Positions 60,248 through 64,000 of a DNA stretch of 64,000 nt are shown one piece after another (the stretch's first letter is position 1; each line of letters opens with the position of its first letter). The notes beneath the pieces are model-generated. The model was not told where the DNA came from and did no database searches. It saw only the letters and a program-made list of their open reading frames with translations. The stretch comes from Chrysomallon squamiferum (Eukaryota > Animalia > Mollusca), in assembly GCA_012295275.1 (NCBI GenBank), contig CM022675.1, positions 9,548,001 to 9,612,000 on the forward strand. The letters run 5' to 3'. Position numbers and translations under genes: made by a program.

Positions 60248-60667
60248 GTCACCAGCTCCATAAAAAAGAACAATAATTCGGTCGTTGATGAAATCGGACT
60301 GTTTCTATAATTCAGTTTTTCAAAATAATAACAGCAGCAGCAGCAGCAACAAAAAACAACAACAACAACATCATCATCATCATCATCATGTATAAATAAA
60401 TAAGCAAACAAAATAATAAAAGATTCTTTATATGCGGAATCCCTTACAGTGTTTTAGTAGCTTACCCGTTACTGGGAGATACGCGTTGTGTCCAGCATGC
60501 TTCTTCAACGCTTCCACAGCTACATTGATAACGGGAAATGGCGATTGTCCGAATCCAAAATGGTAAACGGTAATGCCTTCCTGAATTAGTTCTTTAATTT
60601 CTTCATTAAATGCCAAATTTGAGGCGCCGCTATAGGTCGAAAGATCTGCACGTATTAGAGACGTCAT
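50461..60667 (-). CDS. PLP-dependent class I/II aminotransferase (aspartate aminotransferase-like); disrupted in this sequence
   Basis: Exons 60466-60667 (VYHFGFGQSPFP...NAYLPVTG), about 57131-57047 (partial; NVLVGPGSKELIFLLL), 56675-56802 (SPSWTTYKPQ), 55770-55827 (TNPDNPT), 54718-54757, 53920-54010 (ILSDEIY), 53177-53356 (GLSKWASAGGWRIG, PLP lysine), 52328-52410, 51754-51907 (GYYVFPDF), 50805-50982 (RLCFV; one extra A), 50461-50502 (stop). The exon 2 acceptor and its first codons are missing. Confidence 0.9.
51955..52300. repeat. Degenerate TGTATGAACGTGCATGCATG minisatellite
   Basis: Repeated units in an aminotransferase intron; an isolated copy lies at about 55381-55415. Confidence 0.75.
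52660..53100. repeat. Degenerate minisatellite, about 30-nt unit (TGTAACAGGATAT...)
   Basis: Many copies of GTA(A/T)CAGGATAT followed by CCAACATTTGTTTC or AAATACGTTCCTA. Confidence 0.75.
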
Positions 60668-60999
60668 TTTCAGTCTTGTTCTATACCCAAGTTCGAAACT
60701 GAATTCAACTTTCGAACTGTTACAGACACATGGTGTTTATCCGTAGAGCTCGATGCGCGGGTTTCTGCGCATTGCCGTCTGCAAGCAATCAGGTGCTTCT
60801 TGCAACGCAGACGTGATTCGTGGCTTCCAGAGTCAATCGATGTCACGGATGTCTCCGGGGTATCAAAACAACTCGGAACAAACAAGATATCGGTCAGTAC
60901 CTGTATTTATACTTGGCGAAAAAAATAAATGAGAGCGGAAAAAAAAAAAAAAAAAAACAACAAAAAAACAACAACAACAAAACAAACAATAAAGATAAA

Positions 61000-61045
<46 letters not shown>

Positions 61046-61182
61046 TTTTGGAAATGATACTTCAACGTAAATTTACCTTATTAAATGTAAAACTTTAATC
61101 TGTCTGTTTGTCTAAATTATTATTATTATTGTTGTTGTTGCCTAATGAGCTTAAATAAATTGAAAAATTATATATAGCTTAC

Positions 61183-61204
61183 CTATATAAATCTCTACCT
61201 CTCC
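61183..61204 (-). other. Candidate 22-nt 5'UTR exon of the aminotransferase
   Basis: CTTTCTTTTCAG|GGAGAGGTAGAGATTTATATAG|GTAAGC. A downstream acceptor ATACAG|G at 60901/60900 opens the ATG-bearing exon. Confidence 0.45.
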
Positions 61205-61431
61205 CTGAAAAGAAAGAAAGAAAAGCAATTTAAATAAATAAATAAATTTTAAAATATGGTTATATTTGTTTATGCCTAAAATATATCTTTCTGCAAATGT
61301 CACACTATAAGACAAAACGATAGAAAAAAAATTTATATATATATATTTGGGGAAATTTTAATTATTATTATTTTTTTAAATTATTATTATTATTATCATT
61401 TTAACAAGTGTATGTTTTGAAACAGTCTAGT

Positions 61432-61769
61432 CCACTGCATGTTCAGAGGTTTTAAATTTGCGCCTTTATTCTCGTATGTTCACGTTCTATGGCATCTAGG
61501 CGAAAGCAAAGTTATCGGTACATAGAGGCTATTAGGTCAAGAGCTTTTTTTTTTTTTTTGAAGGTCGCTATGTTTCACGATCATTATACAAACAATTTTC
61601 TTTATAAAGAGTCTTTTTCAAATAATTACGATTTTAAAATTCTTTTTACGTTAATTTAACAGGAAGATATTTTTTTTATTATTATCTTAACAATGCATAT
61701 TTTGAAGTAGTCCATTGTATTTTCAGAGGTTTTAAATCTGCGCTGTCATTCTGGAATGTTCACGCTCTA
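61432..61769. repeat. Dispersed direct duplication (about 60 nt)
   Basis: TAGTCCA.TG.AT.TTCAGAGGTTTTAAAT.TGCGC...ATGTTCACG.TCTA at about 61430-61489 and 61708-61769. Confidence 0.7.
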
Positions 61770-62019
61770 CGTGAATGTCACGTGGCCTATCTTTGCAGAC
61801 GATACACAGGCTATGATCAGTATTAATGAATGGTTCTTTTTTTTTTTTTATTTAATTTAATTTAATTTAATTTAATTTATTACTACTGATTAATTTTTAT
61901 TAATTAATTAATTAATTAATTAATTAATATTGCTGTTCCAGTTTATTTATTTATTTAGTTAAATTTATATCGATATGATTACAAAATGAGTTAGAAGCAA
62001 ACGTGTCCCTTGCCTAGAA

Positions 62020-62078
<59 letters not shown>

Positions 62079-62732
62079 CGGTGTTTATCTCTTTTAAATT
62101 AAAGGTTTTTAATTCTGATCTAATATTGTTTTTATCGAAACGGTAATCTAATTACAAAGCTAAACTTTAATTTTTTTTTATTACTTAATCTTGTTGAGAA
62201 CTTTATACATTCTGCTTTGTAAGGCTATGGATATGGAAGTTATTTTTATAATGTACATAATGTGTGTGTGAAGGTATGTGTGTATGTGTGATTTTGCGTA
62301 AGAGTCTTTGCATCTGTTCATGTTGTGCTTAAATTATCCATTAGACTTATGAATATAAATATACAGACATTCATAATGCATGCATGCATGCATGCATACA
62401 TATATACAGGCAGTCAGACAGATAGACAAACTAATACATTACAAAGTAGCAATTCCAAAAATATTAATTGTTGGTATATTTTCTTTCTTTCTTTTTTTTT
62501 TTTTTTTTTGTTTTTTTTTTGGGGGGGGTAATATCTTTTTTTTTTTTTTTTTTTTTTTTTTTTCCCCCAATCCTTATTTCTTTTTTGATCGGTATCCTCG
62601 GGTATAGTGCAGGGATAAGTAAATACACGACACAAATGTTTGAGTGTCAAATTTCAAACCACTAAATGACCTTTACATTCGTATCGGTTAACTGTCAATG
62701 AGTAATCGCGTTATAGTCACAGTATTTATATA

Positions 62733-62774
<42 letters not shown>

Positions 62775-63510
62775 TGTGTGCATATTTACAAGTAATCTAC
62801 TTCACGCATTTCGGTTTAAAAGCTGGCGATTTACATAGTTAGTAGAATTATTAATACAACAAATAGCCATTAGAAATGGTAGTACTAGTAGTCGTTGGTG
62901 CTGTGCTTGCTGTTTATTTATTTATTTATTTGTTATTTTTTCTATATATTATTAAGCGTGTGTGTGTGTGTGTGTGTGTGTGCCCATTTTTATTTACTGA
63001 AAATAAAAATTAATAACTACTGTTTTACGCAGTATTTAACTGATGAATTAATTACTGTTATTATCTTGGATCGCCTAAATCAACACCAATGGTTCAACCA
63101 AACAGAACTGATCCTAATGCAATCAGTTCTTCTTCAAGTGTGTAAGTTAACATGAATGAAAAAGTGTTATAACGTGTTAAAATATAATGAATGTGTGTGT
63201 GTGTGTGTGTGAGAGGGGCTTTACGTATGATTTTATGACGTCACGAATACATTTACATATCGGTAGTTTAATTTTAGCTCTCACGTTAGACGTTGCTTTC
63301 AAATTTCATCTTTCAACAGATTTAAAATGTAATGAATACGTGATATACTCGATAAAAATATAATATAATATTATTTATTTATTTATTTATTTATAGAAAA
63401 CTGGAGTTTAATGAAAAATAAAGGAAGTTTCGACATTCGTCAAGTAAAACGCAGTCTGAAGAAACAAGGACACAAATCGGTAAATTTGAAGTTTAAAACT
63501 AGGTCTTGAC

Positions 63511-63543
<33 letters not shown>

Positions 63544-64000
63544 GTTGTTTTGCAGCATTGTATTTTATAAGACTAAAAAGGTAAATTAAAACACCAGAAT
63601 CTGGATCAACTAAAAAAAGTTTTGTCATTTCAACAAAATTTTCCATTTCATTCATTTTTAACGTCTGCTTCACCGCCATTTTTTGAACAGTGGATGGGGG
63701 ATGAGAAGTAAAAAAAAGGCGAAAGCTTTATTCAAGTGAGGATAAACCAGTTTGTTATTGTATGAAATGAAAAAAAAAACATAGCTGATCAGACAAAATC
63801 CTTGAGTTATTTATTTATTTAGTTTAATTTTAGAATTATTGTTTTTTAAGATGATAGTAATATTAAATTTCAATAGAGATTATCATTATAATGGTTATTT
63901 CGACGTTTAAATTTAAATTTTATTAGTATTATGTCGTTATCATCGTAGTTGACTTTTTATTTTAATAAAGTAAAATAATAATGCTTTTGAATTTGCTCTT

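Noticed and set aside
63440-63679. ORF MAVKQTLK..., superficially like the human Aralar N-terminus, in YY1-like AAAATGGCGG context
   Set aside because: Wrong strand and place for Aralar, runs through a poly-A tract, no recognisable domain; at most a promoter or UTR element.

Overview
AT-rich, microsatellite-dense animal genomic DNA (invertebrate; gastropod/mollusc-like is my inference from repeat style and protein divergence). The ORF track is mostly noise because the genes are spliced. By hand I can trace five intron-containing genes. (1) The 5' six exons of cyclin T (minus strand, running off the left edge). (2) KANSL2 (+), head-to-head with cyclin T. (3) HAT1 (-). (4) The Ca2+-binding mitochondrial aspartate/glutamate carrier Aralar/SLC25A12-13 (+), head-to-head with HAT1, with only 155 nt between the ATGs. 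(5) A PLP-dependent class I/II aspartate-aminotransferase-like gene (-) that lacks part of exon 2. Cyclin T intron 1 and a KANSL2 intron are U12-type. Four single-base insertions break three of the genes and are most likely assembly errors. The most interesting signal is around cyclin T exon 6/intron 6, where GC-rich inverted repeats cover several splice sites and flank a candidate stop-containing (poison) exon, suggesting an RNA-structure splicing/NMD switch. Also notable are frame-preserving candidate cassette and micro-exons in the longest Aralar intron, a possible alternative Aralar last exon, recurrent duplicated decoy splice acceptors, and gene pairs that are also neighbours in human.
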